From positions 160,001-224,000 of the forward strand of contig JANNXA010000050.1 of assembly GCA_031409275.1 (NCBI GenBank): DNA of 64,000 bases, read 5' to 3'. The position numbers and the translations under genes were made by a program. Positions 20,945 through 30,676 of the stretch are shown one piece after another (the first letter of the stretch is position 1; every line of letters starts with the position of its first letter). Below the pieces are notes generated by a model, which saw only the letters and a program-made list of their open reading frames with translations, had not been told where the DNA came from and made no database searches. This stretch comes from Planctomycetota bacterium (GTDB taxonomy: Bacteria; Planctomycetota; B15-G4; SIAN01).

Positions 20945-23191
20945 CTACGGCGCCCCCGCCGGCTTGCTCGCGGCGCCGGCGGCCGCGGCGGCGGGCGCCG
21001 CCTTCAGCCGCTCGATCTGCTTGGCGAGGAAGTCGACGTCGCTGAACGGGTCGCCGCCGGTGCGCTTCCAGCGGACGCGGCCCTGCGCGTCGACGAGGAT
21101 GGTCGAGTGGAGCTCGATCTCCTCGAAGTCGTCGTAGCTCGCGAAACGGCGCGCGTTCTCGTGGTTCGCGTCGGAGAGCAGCCGGAAGGCGAGCCCGCCG
21201 AGCTTCTCCGACTCGCGATTCTTCTCGGGCGGCGTGCTGCTGACGCCAAGCAGGACCGTGTCTCCGAAGCCACCCTCCTTCGCTTTCGCGTTCAGCTTCT
21301 GCAGTTGCTCGACGCAGTGGACGCACTCTTCGTCGAGATAGAAGACCAGCAGCACGTTTTTGCCGCGGAAGTCGGCGAGGCGGACGCGGGTGCCGGCGGC
21401 ATCGACGACGTCGAGCTCGGGCGCAGCGAATGGTTCCCAATCGAGCGGCCCGACGTCGGCGTTGGTGTTGCGGTCGTAGGGCCGTTCCGGAGCAGGCGTC
21501 GCGGCCACCGGCTGCTCGCCGAGCGCCAGCGCCGCGAGCTCGCGCGGCCAGCGCAGCCCAGGATCGGCCGCTGACCAGACGTCGGCGAAGCGGCCAGCCG
21601 CGTCGCGCGCCGCCTCCTTCTCGCCGAGCGCGTGACGCGCCTGCGCGAGCGCCGCCAACACGAAGGCGTCATTGGGCAACGCGTCGAGCGCTCGCTGGTA
21701 GGCGGCGACGGCGAGGCGGAGATCCCCGTGGCGGCGGAAGAGCTCGCCGAGCACGTACCACGCAGACCACGGATCGTCGGGCGGGTCGTTCTCGTAGCCG
21801 TCCACGGCGCGCTGCTCGGTCTCGAACTCGCCGGCCTGCGTGAGGCGCTGAACCGCGCCCAGCAGGTCGCCGTCCGCCTCGCGCAACAGCCCCTCCGCGA
21901 TCGCGAGACGCATCGACAGCGGCCCGCCCACGGCGTCCCCCTTCTCCACCGCCTCGACCCGCTTCTTCAGCTTCGCGAGTCGCGGACGCGCCTCTTCCGT
22001 CTTGCCCGTCGCGAGGAGGGCGATCGCCTCGGCGAACGCGCGCGAATCCTTGTCGCTGTCGAGCTCGCGCCACGGGATCGCGCCCGATTTGAGGATCTCG
22101 TCCCACCGCTCGAAACGCAGCAGTCCTCGCACCAGCGCCTTCATCCCTTCGTCGATGTCGCCGTAGCTGCCGTCCTTGTTCTTCTCCGGATCGCGCGGCG
22201 CATCGATCAGGTCGCGCGCGCCGGAGCGCGCCGCCGCCTCCATCCCGAGCTGCTCCTGGATGTGACAGAGGTAGTTCCTGTTGTGGGCGAAGTTCCACGA
22301 CTCGAAGGGGAAGGCGAGGTGGTCGTTCATGTACTGCAGCTCGACGCGCGTCGCGCGGTCCATCGAGCGCGCCGCCTCATGCCACATGCCGATCTTGCTG
22401 TAGATGTGGCCGGGCATGTGGTTGGCGTGGCCGCTCTTCGGCGCCACCGGGCCGTAACGCGCGCAGCTCGCGAGCGCTTGCACCGGATCGGCGCGATCCC
22501 AGTTGTGGATGCGGTAGTGGTGGGCGCCAGGATGATCGGGCTGCTGCGCGAAGACCTGCTGCAGCACGAGCTCGTTGCCGATCGCGTTCTTCTGCCGGAT
22601 CGAGAAGAGCGCGAACAACGCCTTGGCCTCGACGTCGTCGGGATAGGCCAGCACGACCTTCTGCAGCCTGGAGGCCAGCCTCTTCTGCGGCTCCTTCTCG
22701 CCGGCGCGGTAGGAGTCGGCCCACGCCTCGAGGTAGGCGCGCTCGCGCGGCGTCACCTTCGCCTTGCGCTTCACCGCCTCGGCGAGGAAGTCGCGATAGC
22801 GCTGGTTCTCCGGCTCTTCGAAATTGGCGTCGACGAACCAGGTGAGCCCCGTGCGCGCGAGCCCCCAGTAGGCCATGGCGCACTCGGGATCGAGCTTGAG
22901 GCACCAGCGGAACGACCGCTCCGCCTCCTCGAACCAGAAGTTGTGCAGCAGCGTGTTGCCCTGGTCGAACCACTGCTGCACCTCGGCCTGCACCGCTGGC
23001 ACGTTCACCGTGATCGGGAAGTGCGTCGTGCCGATCCCTTCGAACTTCCAAGGCCGCTGGCGCATGCCCGAGTCGAAGGCGCTGCCGTGCTTGCTGTGGC
23101 CCGGGCCGTCGCTGACGAAGGGCGCAACCAGCGGCGTGGCGAGCGGCGCAGCGAACACGAGGGCGACGGCGGCGGCGAGCGCGGGGTGCAT
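20945..23191 (-). CDS. secreted TPR protein with C-terminal AhpC/TSA-like redoxin domain, 748 aa
   Basis: Signal peptide; TPRs with His-rich motifs (HPGAHHYRIH, HANHMPGHIY); LADFRGKNVLLVFY...CVHC...LLSD thioredoxin fold. Confidence 0.85.
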   Translation of the reverse strand: MHPALAAAVALVFAAPLATPLVAPFVSDGPGHSKHGSAFDSGMRQRPWKFEGIGTTHFPITVNVPAVQAEVQQWFDQGNTLLHNFWFEEAERSFRWCLKLDPECAMAYWGLARTGLTWFVDANFEEPENQRYRDFLAEAVKRKAKVTPRERAYLEAWADSYRAGEKEPQKRLASRLQKVVLAYPDDVEAKALFALFSIRQKNAIGNELVLQQVFAQQPDHPGAHHYRIHNWDRADPVQALASCARYGPVAPKSGHANHMPGHIYSKIGMWHEAARSMDRATRVELQYMNDHLAFPFESWNFAHNRNYLCHIQEQLGMEAAARSGARDLIDAPRDPEKNKDGSYGDIDEGMKALVRGLLRFERWDEILKSGAIPWRELDSDKDSRAFAEAIALLATGKTEEARPRLAKLKKRVEAVEKGDAVGGPLSMRLAIAEGLLREADGDLLGAVQRLTQAGEFETEQRAVDGYENDPPDDPWSAWYVLGELFRRHGDLRLAVAAYQRALDALPNDAFVLAALAQARHALGEKEAARDAAGRFADVWSAADPGLRWPRELAALALGEQPVAATPAPERPYDRNTNADVGPLDWEPFAAPELDVVDAAGTRVRLADFRGKNVLLVFYLDEECVHCVEQLQKLNAKAKEGGFGDTVLLGVSSTPPEKNRESEKLGGLAFRLLSDANHENARRFASYDDFEEIELHSTILVDAQGRVRWKRTGGDPFSDVDFLAKQIERLKAAPAAAAAGAASKPAGAP

Positions 23192-23278
23192 GGCGGCTCC
23201 GTGCGAGCGAAGAGAGGTGGCGACGGCACGATCGGCGCGGCAAGCTATCGAGCCGCCCGACGAAAGGGGAAGTCCCCG

Positions 23279-26050
23279 ATGCGCGGACACTCGATCGGAC
23301 GAAGCAGCCGGCGGGCCGCGCGCGCGATCGTCGCGCTGCTGCTGCTGATCCCGGCACTGCTCGCGTGGCTCCTCCTACGCGAACCGCCGTCGCGCCGTGC
23401 AGCACCGGCCGTCGACGACCCGACACCACGGGACGCGACGTCGCACGACTTGGGACACGACGACCCGACGAGAACGGGCGACGGCGACGCGGTGTCGAGC
23501 GCGCCATCGGTCGAAGTTCCCGATCCCGCGCGCGAGTCGGTCGTCGCCGACTTCGTCGAGACGATCGGCCCCACCATCGTCGTCCTCGAACGCGAGACGG
23601 GCCGGCCGCTGCCCGATGCCGGCGTCTGGTGGCTCGCGCGCGACGAGGTCGAGGCGGCTCGATGGCGCGAGCTGCAACGCGGCGACGCGGCGACGCTCGA
23701 AGCGCTGGAGCACGATGGCCACGCGGTCGAACTCGACGCGTTGGCCGGTGCCGAGCTGCCGTGGCGCGCGAGCCTCGCCCGTCTTTGGGTGCGCGACGGC
23801 GACCGCGAGGCGCTGCGCACGATCGCGCTCGATGAGCGCGCGCACCATCGGATCGCGCTGGCACGCGCCGAAGCGCTAACGCTTCGCGCCGTCGATGGCG
23901 ACGGCCGCCCAGTGCGCGACGTGCCGGTGGCGCTGGCCGCGTGCCCCGTCGTCGACGGCAACCTCACGCCGCAGCGCGAGGAGCCGCTCCACCTCGTCGA
24001 TGCCGTGACCGATCGCGATGGCGAGGTGCGTTGCGAACGAGGGAGCCGCTGGCTCGACGAGCACGTCGATGGCGACGGGCTGGCGACGCGACAAGCGCTG
24101 ATCGCTGCGCTGGCGTTTCCGTGCCGCGACCGTCGCACGACCGCGATCGACCCGCGCGACGGCTGCAAGGCGCCCATCGAGCTGCGCCCGCCGCTTCTGG
24201 CGGACTTGCGATTGCGCGCGGCGCTGGCGAACGACGCGCCGCGCCTGGTGCCGGTGATCGTCCAGATCGCCTGCGCCGAGCCGATCGCAGGCCCGCTGCC
24301 GAGCTTCGTCGCGCAACGGGCGCTGCCGGCGGGCGAAGCGATCGAACAGGTGATCGAGGCTGCGGGCCGCTTCCGGATCGAGGCGGAGAGCGACGACGGG
24401 AAACTGGTCTCTGATCCGATCGTCGTGACTGCCGGTGCCGTGGCGACGACGACCGAGCTGCTGATCCGGCTGAAGCCGCGCCCGCCGCCGCCGCTCGGCA
24501 CGATCGTCGTGCTCGATCCCGGCAACCGGCCGCTGGCGACGACCGAGGTCGCATGGCAGCCGGCCGACAAGGTCGACTTCCCGAAGCCAGCGGCGATGCT
24601 GCTCGGCACGACCGATCCGCGTGGCCGGCTCGCGGTGAAGCTCGAATCGCTGCCGCGGCCGCTTCCGGGAGAGTCGTCGGCGCTGCAGCTCTACGCCGGC
24701 CTGATCGACGGAGGCGACGGCGGCGCACGCCTGCGCGGCCAGCTCGTGCTGGTGAAGTCGAGCTACGCGGATGGCGAAATGCTGGGACAGGTGGTGATGG
24801 CCGAAGTGCCGCGGATCGTGGCGGGACGCGTCGTCAGCGGGAGCGGCGCCGGGCTGCGCGACGTGGCGCTGTCGATCGTCGATCGCGATCGTGCGTGGAT
24901 GGACCACGGGCGGCTCGCGCTGGTCGAGCAGTCGCTTGGCCTGCGGGTCCATTGGAACACGCGCAGCGGCGAGGAGGGACGCTTCGAGGTCCACTCGAGG
25001 CCAACCTGCACCGATGTGGTGATCCGCGCCGAACTCCGGGGCTGGCACCATGTGGCGACCGTGGAGGAAGCCCGCCTCCAGCCGCACGACGAAGCATCGG
25101 TCGGGGCGGATCAGGCAACGGTCGTGATGCGGCGCAACGGTCGCGCGCGCGGTCGGCTGCTGGTCGAGCCGGGCGTCTCGATCGCCCGCCTCGCACTGCG
25201 AAGCGATCCCGACGATCCCGATGGCGCTCCGCTGTTGCGCGCAGAGCTCGCCGACGACGGTCGCTTCGAGGTCGAGGGAATCCCGGGTCGCTTCACGCTG
25301 CAGGTCGTGTCGCGCACCGACCCGGCCGTCGCCGGCCAATCGTGGACGAGAGCGGCACACGTGCTCGCGGAAGTGGCCGACCTCGCGTGGGTCGAGGATC
25401 AGTTCATCGTCGACCCGCGCCTCGATCCGATCGACCTGCGCGGCGCACTCGAGACGATCGAGGTCGTCGCGCGGACACCGGAGGGCGAGCCGATCGCCGG
25501 CGCGCGCCTCTTCCTCGTGGGCAGCCGGGACGATGTCATCGAGCTCGCACCGACCGCCGATCCCTTCGGCCGCGCGGTCGTCTCTGTGCCGATCGGAACG
25601 CCGCGCCTCGTCGTCGGCACTCGCGATCGGTTGGTGCAGTGGACGCGTTTCGATCGACCACAGTGGGAGCTCGTGCTGCCGCCAGCTCCGCGCGTGCGAC
25701 TCGTGCTGCCCGGCGCCGACCACCCGCTGCGGGGCATGCCGGCGGTGCTCGAGCTGCGCCAAGCCGACTTCGGCGACGCCACCAACGACGTTGCGCGGAG
25801 CCTGGGCCCGTTCGAGTGCCGCCGGGTCGGTGACGACGACTCCCGCGAGATGTTGCTGGAGTCGGGTGTCCCCTTCTTGGGCACCTGGTACGCCCGCTTC
25901 CTCACCTCGCCCTCGGATCGCAGCGCGCTCTGGTCGGTCCGTGTCGAAGTCCGCGCAAACGATCCGATCGTCGAAGTGCGCGTCGAGCTGACCGCGGCGC
26001 AGGTAGAGCAGATCGAGCAGCGGAGGGGCCCGCTACCATCCCGCCGATGA
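23279..26050 (+). CDS. large N-terminally anchored exported protein with carboxypeptidase-regulatory-like repeats, 923 aa
   Basis: TM ([17 protein letters not shown]), linker, repeated V-D-x-x-G-x-P...T-D-x-x-G motifs; stop overlaps the next start. Confidence 0.72.
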   Translation: MRGHSIGRSSRRAARAIVALLLLIPALLAWLLLREPPSRRAAPAVDDPTPRDATSHDLGHDDPTRTGDGDAVSSAPSVEVPDPARESVVADFVETIGPTIVVLERETGRPLPDAGVWWLARDEVEAARWRELQRGDAATLEALEHDGHAVELDALAGAELPWRASLARLWVRDGDREALRTIALDERAHHRIALARAEALTLRAVDGDGRPVRDVPVALAACPVVDGNLTPQREEPLHLVDAVTDRDGEVRCERGSRWLDEHVDGDGLATRQALIAALAFPCRDRRTTAIDPRDGCKAPIELRPPLLADLRLRAALANDAPRLVPVIVQIACAEPIAGPLPSFVAQRALPAGEAIEQVIEAAGRFRIEAESDDGKLVSDPIVVTAGAVATTTELLIRLKPRPPPPLGTIVVLDPGNRPLATTEVAWQPADKVDFPKPAAMLLGTTDPRGRLAVKLESLPRPLPGESSALQLYAGLIDGGDGGARLRGQLVLVKSSYADGEMLGQVVMAEVPRIVAGRVVSGSGAGLRDVALSIVDRDRAWMDHGRLALVEQSLGLRVHWNTRSGEEGRFEVHSRPTCTDVVIRAELRGWHHVATVEEARLQPHDEASVGADQATVVMRRNGRARGRLLVEPGVSIARLALRSDPDDPDGAPLLRAELADDGRFEVEGIPGRFTLQVVSRTDPAVAGQSWTRAAHVLAEVADLAWVEDQFIVDPRLDPIDLRGALETIEVVARTPEGEPIAGARLFLVGSRDDVIELAPTADPFGRAVVSVPIGTPRLVVGTRDRLVQWTRFDRPQWELVLPPAPRVRLVLPGADHPLRGMPAVLELRQADFGDATNDVARSLGPFECRRVGDDDSREMLLESGVPFLGTWYARFLTSPSDRSALWSVRVEVRANDPIVEVRVELTAAQVEQIEQRRGPLPSRR

Positions 26051-26988
26051 TCGAATTCCAGCGCTTGATCCTCGGCGATGCGCGGCGCAACGAGCTCTTC
26101 ACCGAGGCGCTGCGGCGCGTGATCGTGCCGGGCAGGACCACGGTCGCCGACCTCGGCGCCGGGACCGGGTACCTCTCGTTCGTGGCGCGCCGGCTTGGCG
26201 CCAGGCACTGCCACCTCGTCGAGATGTCGGAGCTGATCGGGCTCGCGAAGCGGCTGGCAAAGGCGAACGGGATCGACGGCTGCACCTTCGTCTACGGCCA
26301 CTCGACCGAGATCGACCCGCCGCCGCAGGTCGATCTCGTCGTCAGCGAGACGCTCGGCAATCTGGCGTTCGAGGAGAACCTGCTCGAGACGATGCAGGAC
26401 GCGCGGCGCTGGCTGGCGCCGGGCGGGACGATCGTGCCGCAGCGCGTGCGGCAGTTCGCGGTCCCGATCACCGAGCCGCGCTACTTCACCGAGCTCGACG
26501 TCTTCTCTCGTCTCGGGTCCAGACTCGACTTCACGTTGGCGCGCACCATCGCCACCGACAACGTCTACGTGCGCCGCTTCGCGCCCGCCGACTTGCTGCA
26601 GGAGGGGCGCGCAGCGCAGTGCCTCGACGACGTCGACTTGCGCAAGCGAACGGGCAGCGTGCGACGCGGCACCGCGGAATGGCGGCTCCCGAAGGCGACG
26701 CCGCTGCTCGGCTTCGCGCTGTGGTGGGAGTGCGAACTGATCGCCGATGCGCCCGACCTGATCCTGTCGACCTCGCCGCTGGCGCCGCCGACCCACTGGG
26801 AGCAGATCTGGCTGCCGCCGCGCGCCACCCTGCAGGCCAGGGCGGGCGATACGTTGCGGCTCGAACTGGAATGCGACTCGCGGCCGCAGGTGAAGATCAA
26901 CGTGAAATGGAAGACGACGCTGCTCGATCGCGCCGGCAAGGTGCGCGAACAGACGCAGCAGGACATGAAGAAGGGGTACATCGAATGA
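26047..26988 (+). CDS. class I SAM-dependent methyltransferase with protein-arginine N-methyltransferase (PRMT) signature, 313 aa
   Basis: [25 protein letters not shown] (double-E loop), [29 protein letters not shown] (THW loop). Confidence 0.85.
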   Translation: MIEFQRLILGDARRNELFTEALRRVIVPGRTTVADLGAGTGYLSFVARRLGARHCHLVEMSELIGLAKRLAKANGIDGCTFVYGHSTEIDPPPQVDLVVSETLGNLAFEENLLETMQDARRWLAPGGTIVPQRVRQFAVPITEPRYFTELDVFSRLGSRLDFTLARTIATDNVYVRRFAPADLLQEGRAAQCLDDVDLRKRTGSVRRGTAEWRLPKATPLLGFALWWECELIADAPDLILSTSPLAPPTHWEQIWLPPRATLQARAGDTLRLELECDSRPQVKINVKWKTTLLDRAGKVREQTQQDMKKGYIE

Positions 26989-28202
26989 CGTTCCCTGCGC
27001 TCGCCGGCGCCATCGCCCTGCTCGCTGCCGGAATCACGCTCGCGCCGCAGGAGTCGACCGCGGAGAAGGCGCGGCGAATCCACGCCGACCTGCCGGTGAT
27101 CGATGGCCACAACGACCTGCCGTGGGAGATCCGCGAGAAGCTGAAGGGCGACGCGCAAGCCGTCGACTTCCGCCAGCTGCAGCCGCAGTTCCACACCGAT
27201 CTGCTGCGGTTGAAGCAAGGCGGCGTCGGCGCGCAGTTCTGGTCGGCATGGGTCGCCTTCGACGAGGAGAAGTCGACCACCAGCCTCTTCATCGAGCAGA
27301 TCCTGCAAATCCATCGACTGGTCGCCGCCTACCCCGAGCAGCTCGAGTTCGCGCTCACCGCCGATGAGATCGAGTCGATCCGCAAGCGCGGCAAGGTCGC
27401 GTGCCTGATCGGCGTCGAAGGCGGCCACGCGATCGACGATTCGCTGGCGAACCTGCGCGTGCTCTTCCAGCTGGGCGCGCGCTACATGACGCTCACCCAC
27501 GGCGGCACGCTGTCGTGGGCCGACTCGGCCACCGATGTCGCGAAGCACGGCGGCCTCACCGCGTTTGGCGAAGAGGTCGTCCGCGAGATGAACCGCCTCG
27601 GGATGCTGGTCGACCTCTCGCACGTCTCGCCGGAAACGATGGACGATGCGCTGCGCGTGACGAAAGCGCCGGTCATCTGCTCGCACAGCTCGGCGCGCGC
27701 CATCGCCGACCATCCGCGCAACGTCCCCGACGCGCAGCTCACCGCGATCGGCGCGAACGGCGGCGTGGTCATGGTGAACTTCTTCCCCGGCTTCGTCGTG
27801 CCAGGCTCCGCGCAGACGCTGGTCGACGGCCTCGCCCATCGCTTCGAGCTGAAGGCGCAGGGCATGAAGGGCGAGGAGCTCTCGAAGACGATGGATGCGT
27901 GGAACGCCGACCATCCGCTCGACCGCGGCTCGCTTGACGACGTGATCGCCCACATCGAGCACCTTGCGCAGGTCGCCGGCAAGGAGCATGTCGGGATCGG
28001 CTCCGACTTCGACGGCATCCCGTCGGTGCCGGTCGGCCTCGAAGACGTCTCCAAGTACCCGGCCATCACCGCGCGGCTGCTCGAACGCGGCTGGAGCGAG
28101 AAAGAGGTGCGCGGCCTGCTCGGCGCCAACGTCCTGCGCGCCCTGCGCGAGGCCGAGCGCGTGGCGCGCGCCGCCCGCGACGCTCGCGACGTCCGCAAGT
28201 GA
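26985..28202 (+). CDS. membrane dipeptidase (peptidase M19), secreted, 405 aa
   Basis: [47 protein letters not shown]. Confidence 0.95.
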   Translation: MTFPALAGAIALLAAGITLAPQESTAEKARRIHADLPVIDGHNDLPWEIREKLKGDAQAVDFRQLQPQFHTDLLRLKQGGVGAQFWSAWVAFDEEKSTTSLFIEQILQIHRLVAAYPEQLEFALTADEIESIRKRGKVACLIGVEGGHAIDDSLANLRVLFQLGARYMTLTHGGTLSWADSATDVAKHGGLTAFGEEVVREMNRLGMLVDLSHVSPETMDDALRVTKAPVICSHSSARAIADHPRNVPDAQLTAIGANGGVVMVNFFPGFVVPGSAQTLVDGLAHRFELKAQGMKGEELSKTMDAWNADHPLDRGSLDDVIAHIEHLAQVAGKEHVGIGSDFDGIPSVPVGLEDVSKYPAITARLLERGWSEKEVRGLLGANVLRALREAERVARAARDARDVRK

Positions 28203-28218
28203 GCGGGCGGTCGCTGCG

Positions 28219-28992
28219 ATGACCACCGCGCCGCGCGTGCTCGCGCTCTTCGCCCATCCCGACGATGCCGAGCTCCTTTGCGGCGGCACGCTCGCGCTGC
28301 TCTCCGAGCTGGGCTGGCGCGTCCACCTCGCCACGATGACGCCGGGCGACCTCGGCTCGGCGACGCTCGATCGCGAGGCGATCGCGGCGATCCGTCGCGA
28401 GGAAGGGAAACGCGCGGCCACGCTGCTGAAGGCGACGTGGCATTGCCTCGAAGCGCGCGACTTCGCCGTCCTCTACGGCGAAGAGATCTGCCGTCGCGCG
28501 ACGGCGCTGATCCGCAACGTCGTGCCCGACCTCGTGCTGACCCACTCGCCGATCGACTACCTCGCCGATCACGAAGAGACCGCACGCATCGCCGCGCAGG
28601 CGTGCTTCGCCGCGCCGGTCCGTCTTTATGCGACCGACGACGACGCGCCAGCGACCGCCACGATCGCGCCGCTCTACTACGCCGATCCGGTCGAGGGGAT
28701 CGACCGCTTCGGCGACGTGGTGCGACCGCGCCTCGTCGTCGACGTCGAGTCGACCTGGCCGATCAAGGAGCTGTTGCTGCAATGCCACGGCAGCCAGCGC
28801 GAATGGATGGCGCGACAGCACGGCTCCGCAGACTTCGTCGCGACCGCGAAGTCATGGGCCGCGAAGCGCGGCGCGTTGGCCGGGATGGCGCTCGGCGAGG
28901 GTTTTCGCCCCCACCACGGCCACGCCTTCCCGCGGACCGCGATCCTCGAGACGACGCTCGGCCGGAGGTGTCGGGTGCCGATGTCGTCGTGA
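28219..28992 (+). CDS. PIG-L/LmbE family deacetylase, 257 aa
   Basis: AHPDDAE, RREE, THSPIDYLADH, CHGSQ. Confidence 0.92.
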   Translation: MTTAPRVLALFAHPDDAELLCGGTLALLSELGWRVHLATMTPGDLGSATLDREAIAAIRREEGKRAATLLKATWHCLEARDFAVLYGEEICRRATALIRNVVPDLVLTHSPIDYLADHEETARIAAQACFAAPVRLYATDDDAPATATIAPLYYADPVEGIDRFGDVVRPRLVVDVESTWPIKELLLQCHGSQREWMARQHGSADFVATAKSWAAKRGALAGMALGEGFRPHHGHAFPRTAILETTLGRRCRVPMSS

Positions 28993-29038
28993 CACGCGCC
29001 GCGAGTCGCGGCGTCGGGAGGAAGTCCTTCTCAGGCCC

Positions 29039-30571
29039 TCAGTCCACTCGCCCCCCCGCCGCGCGGGCGGCCGCGACCAGCGCGCCGCTCTTCACCAGCT
29101 CGGTGAGCGCTTCGAGGTCGGGGGCGAGGTAGCGATCGTCGGCCAGCGTCTTCACGCGGCGACGCACCAGCCGATGGACCGCCTGCAGCGGGGCCGTCGT
29201 GCGCAGCTTCTTCTCGAAGTCGAGCCCCTGCGCCGCGCACAGCAACTCGATGGCCACGACACGCTCGGCGCACTCGACGATCTGCAGCGCCTTGCGCGCC
29301 GCGATCGGCCCCATCGAGACGTGGTCCTCTTTGTTGGCCGAGGTCGGAATCGAGTCGACCGAGGCGGGAAAGGAGAGCGCCTTGCACTCGCTCACCAGCG
29401 CGGCGGCGACCACCTGCGGGATCATGAAACCGGAGTTGATGCCGGGCCTGGGCGTGAGGAACGCGGGCAGGCCGGAGAGATCGGGATTGACCAGGTTCTC
29501 GGTGCGCCGCTCGCTGATCGAAGCGAGGTCGGCGATGGCGGCCGCGATGCGATCGGCGGTGGCGGCGATCGGTTGCGCGTGGAAATTGCCGCCCGAGAGC
29601 ATCTCGCCCTCTTCCGCGAAGACGAGCGGGTTGTCGGTCGACGCGTTGATCTCGATCTCGACCACGCGGCGCGCCTCGACCAGCGCGTCGCGACAGGCGC
29701 CGTGCACCTGCGGCGCGCAGCGCATCGAGTAGGGATCCTGCACGCGCCCGCAGTCGGCGTGCGAGGCGAGGATCGGGCTGCCGTCGAGCAAACCGTAGAG
29801 GTTCTTCGCAACGCGAAGCTGGCCGGGATGGGGCCGCGCTTCGTGGATGCGCCGATCGAACGCCTTGTTCGTCCCCTTCAGCGCCTCGATGGTGAGCGCG
29901 CAGGCGAGGTCGGCCGTGCGCGCGAGGTTCTCCGCCCGCAGCAGTGCCTGGGCGCAGATCGCGGTCGTCACCTGCGTGCCGTTGATCAGCGAGATCCCTT
30001 CCTTCGCCTGCAACCGCAGCGGCTCGATGCCCGCCTTCTTCAGCGCCGCCGCGATCGGCAGCGAGCGACCGCGCAGGCGCGCGTCGTCGCCTTCGCCGAT
30101 CAGCGCCAGCGCCAGATGGGCCAGCGGTGCGAGGTCGCCCGATGCGCCCACCGATCCCTGTTCCGGCACCGCCGGGACGAGGTCGGCCGCGAGCAGCGCC
30201 GCGAGCTTCTCGACGACCGCCAGGCGCACGCCGCTGCGACCGGTCGCGAAGGTGCGCGCGCGCAACACGATCAGCACCCGCACCAGCTCGGGCGAGAGCG
30301 GACGGCCGACGCCGCACGCATGGCTGCGCAGCAGGTTCACCTGGAGCTGCTCGAGCTCGGCCGCGCCGATCCGCTCGCGCGAGAGTTTGCCGAAGCCGGT
30401 GTTGACGCCGTAGACGGTGGCGCCGGAGCGCAGCATCCGCTCGACCACTTTGCGAGCGGCCTTCACCTTGCGCCGGACATCGGCACCCACGGCGAGCGTG
30501 ACCGCTTCGCCGGCGAAGATCGGAGCGAGGTCGTCGAGGGTCAACGGCGTGCTGGTGAAGGTGAGCTTCAT
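29039..30571 (-). CDS. hutH: histidine ammonia-lyase, 510 aa
   Basis: VYGVNTGFG, NLLRSH (His selectivity residue), GSVGASGDLAPL (MIO), QDPYSMRC, GGNFH, EDHVSMG. Confidence 0.97.
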   Translation of the reverse strand: MKLTFTSTPLTLDDLAPIFAGEAVTLAVGADVRRKVKAARKVVERMLRSGATVYGVNTGFGKLSRERIGAAELEQLQVNLLRSHACGVGRPLSPELVRVLIVLRARTFATGRSGVRLAVVEKLAALLAADLVPAVPEQGSVGASGDLAPLAHLALALIGEGDDARLRGRSLPIAAALKKAGIEPLRLQAKEGISLINGTQVTTAICAQALLRAENLARTADLACALTIEALKGTNKAFDRRIHEARPHPGQLRVAKNLYGLLDGSPILASHADCGRVQDPYSMRCAPQVHGACRDALVEARRVVEIEINASTDNPLVFAEEGEMLSGGNFHAQPIAATADRIAAAIADLASISERRTENLVNPDLSGLPAFLTPRPGINSGFMIPQVVAAALVSECKALSFPASVDSIPTSANKEDHVSMGPIAARKALQIVECAERVVAIELLCAAQGLDFEKKLRTTAPLQAVHRLVRRRVKTLADDRYLAPDLEALTELVKSGALVAAARAAGGRVD

Positions 30572-30676
30572 GGTGGGCCGAGAGCGTAGCAGCCGTCCGC
30601 AGCGAGGGCGTAAGCTCGCGCCCCGCGTCTCGTCCTCCCGCCGTCCCCTGCCACTCCCCTGACGGAACGCCACGCC

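Noticed and set aside
20945..21500. Selenocysteine read-through in the redoxin domain
   Set aside because: The active-site region is an uninterrupted CVHC with no in-frame TGA
21632..26050. 1472-aa ORF suggesting a giant protein
   Set aside because: The first 549 codons are antisense to the TPR-redoxin gene; the plausible start is the ATG at 23279 before the TM
28997..29013. GC hairpin CGCCGCG-AGT-CGCGGCG between convergent genes as an intrinsic terminator
   Set aside because: No U-tract on either strand, and such stems arise easily at this GC content
29039..30571. Phenylalanine/tyrosine ammonia-lyase or aminomutase of a biosynthetic cluster
   Set aside because: The LLRSH selectivity motif and nearby hutU indicate ordinary histidase; no NRPS/PKS genes nearby
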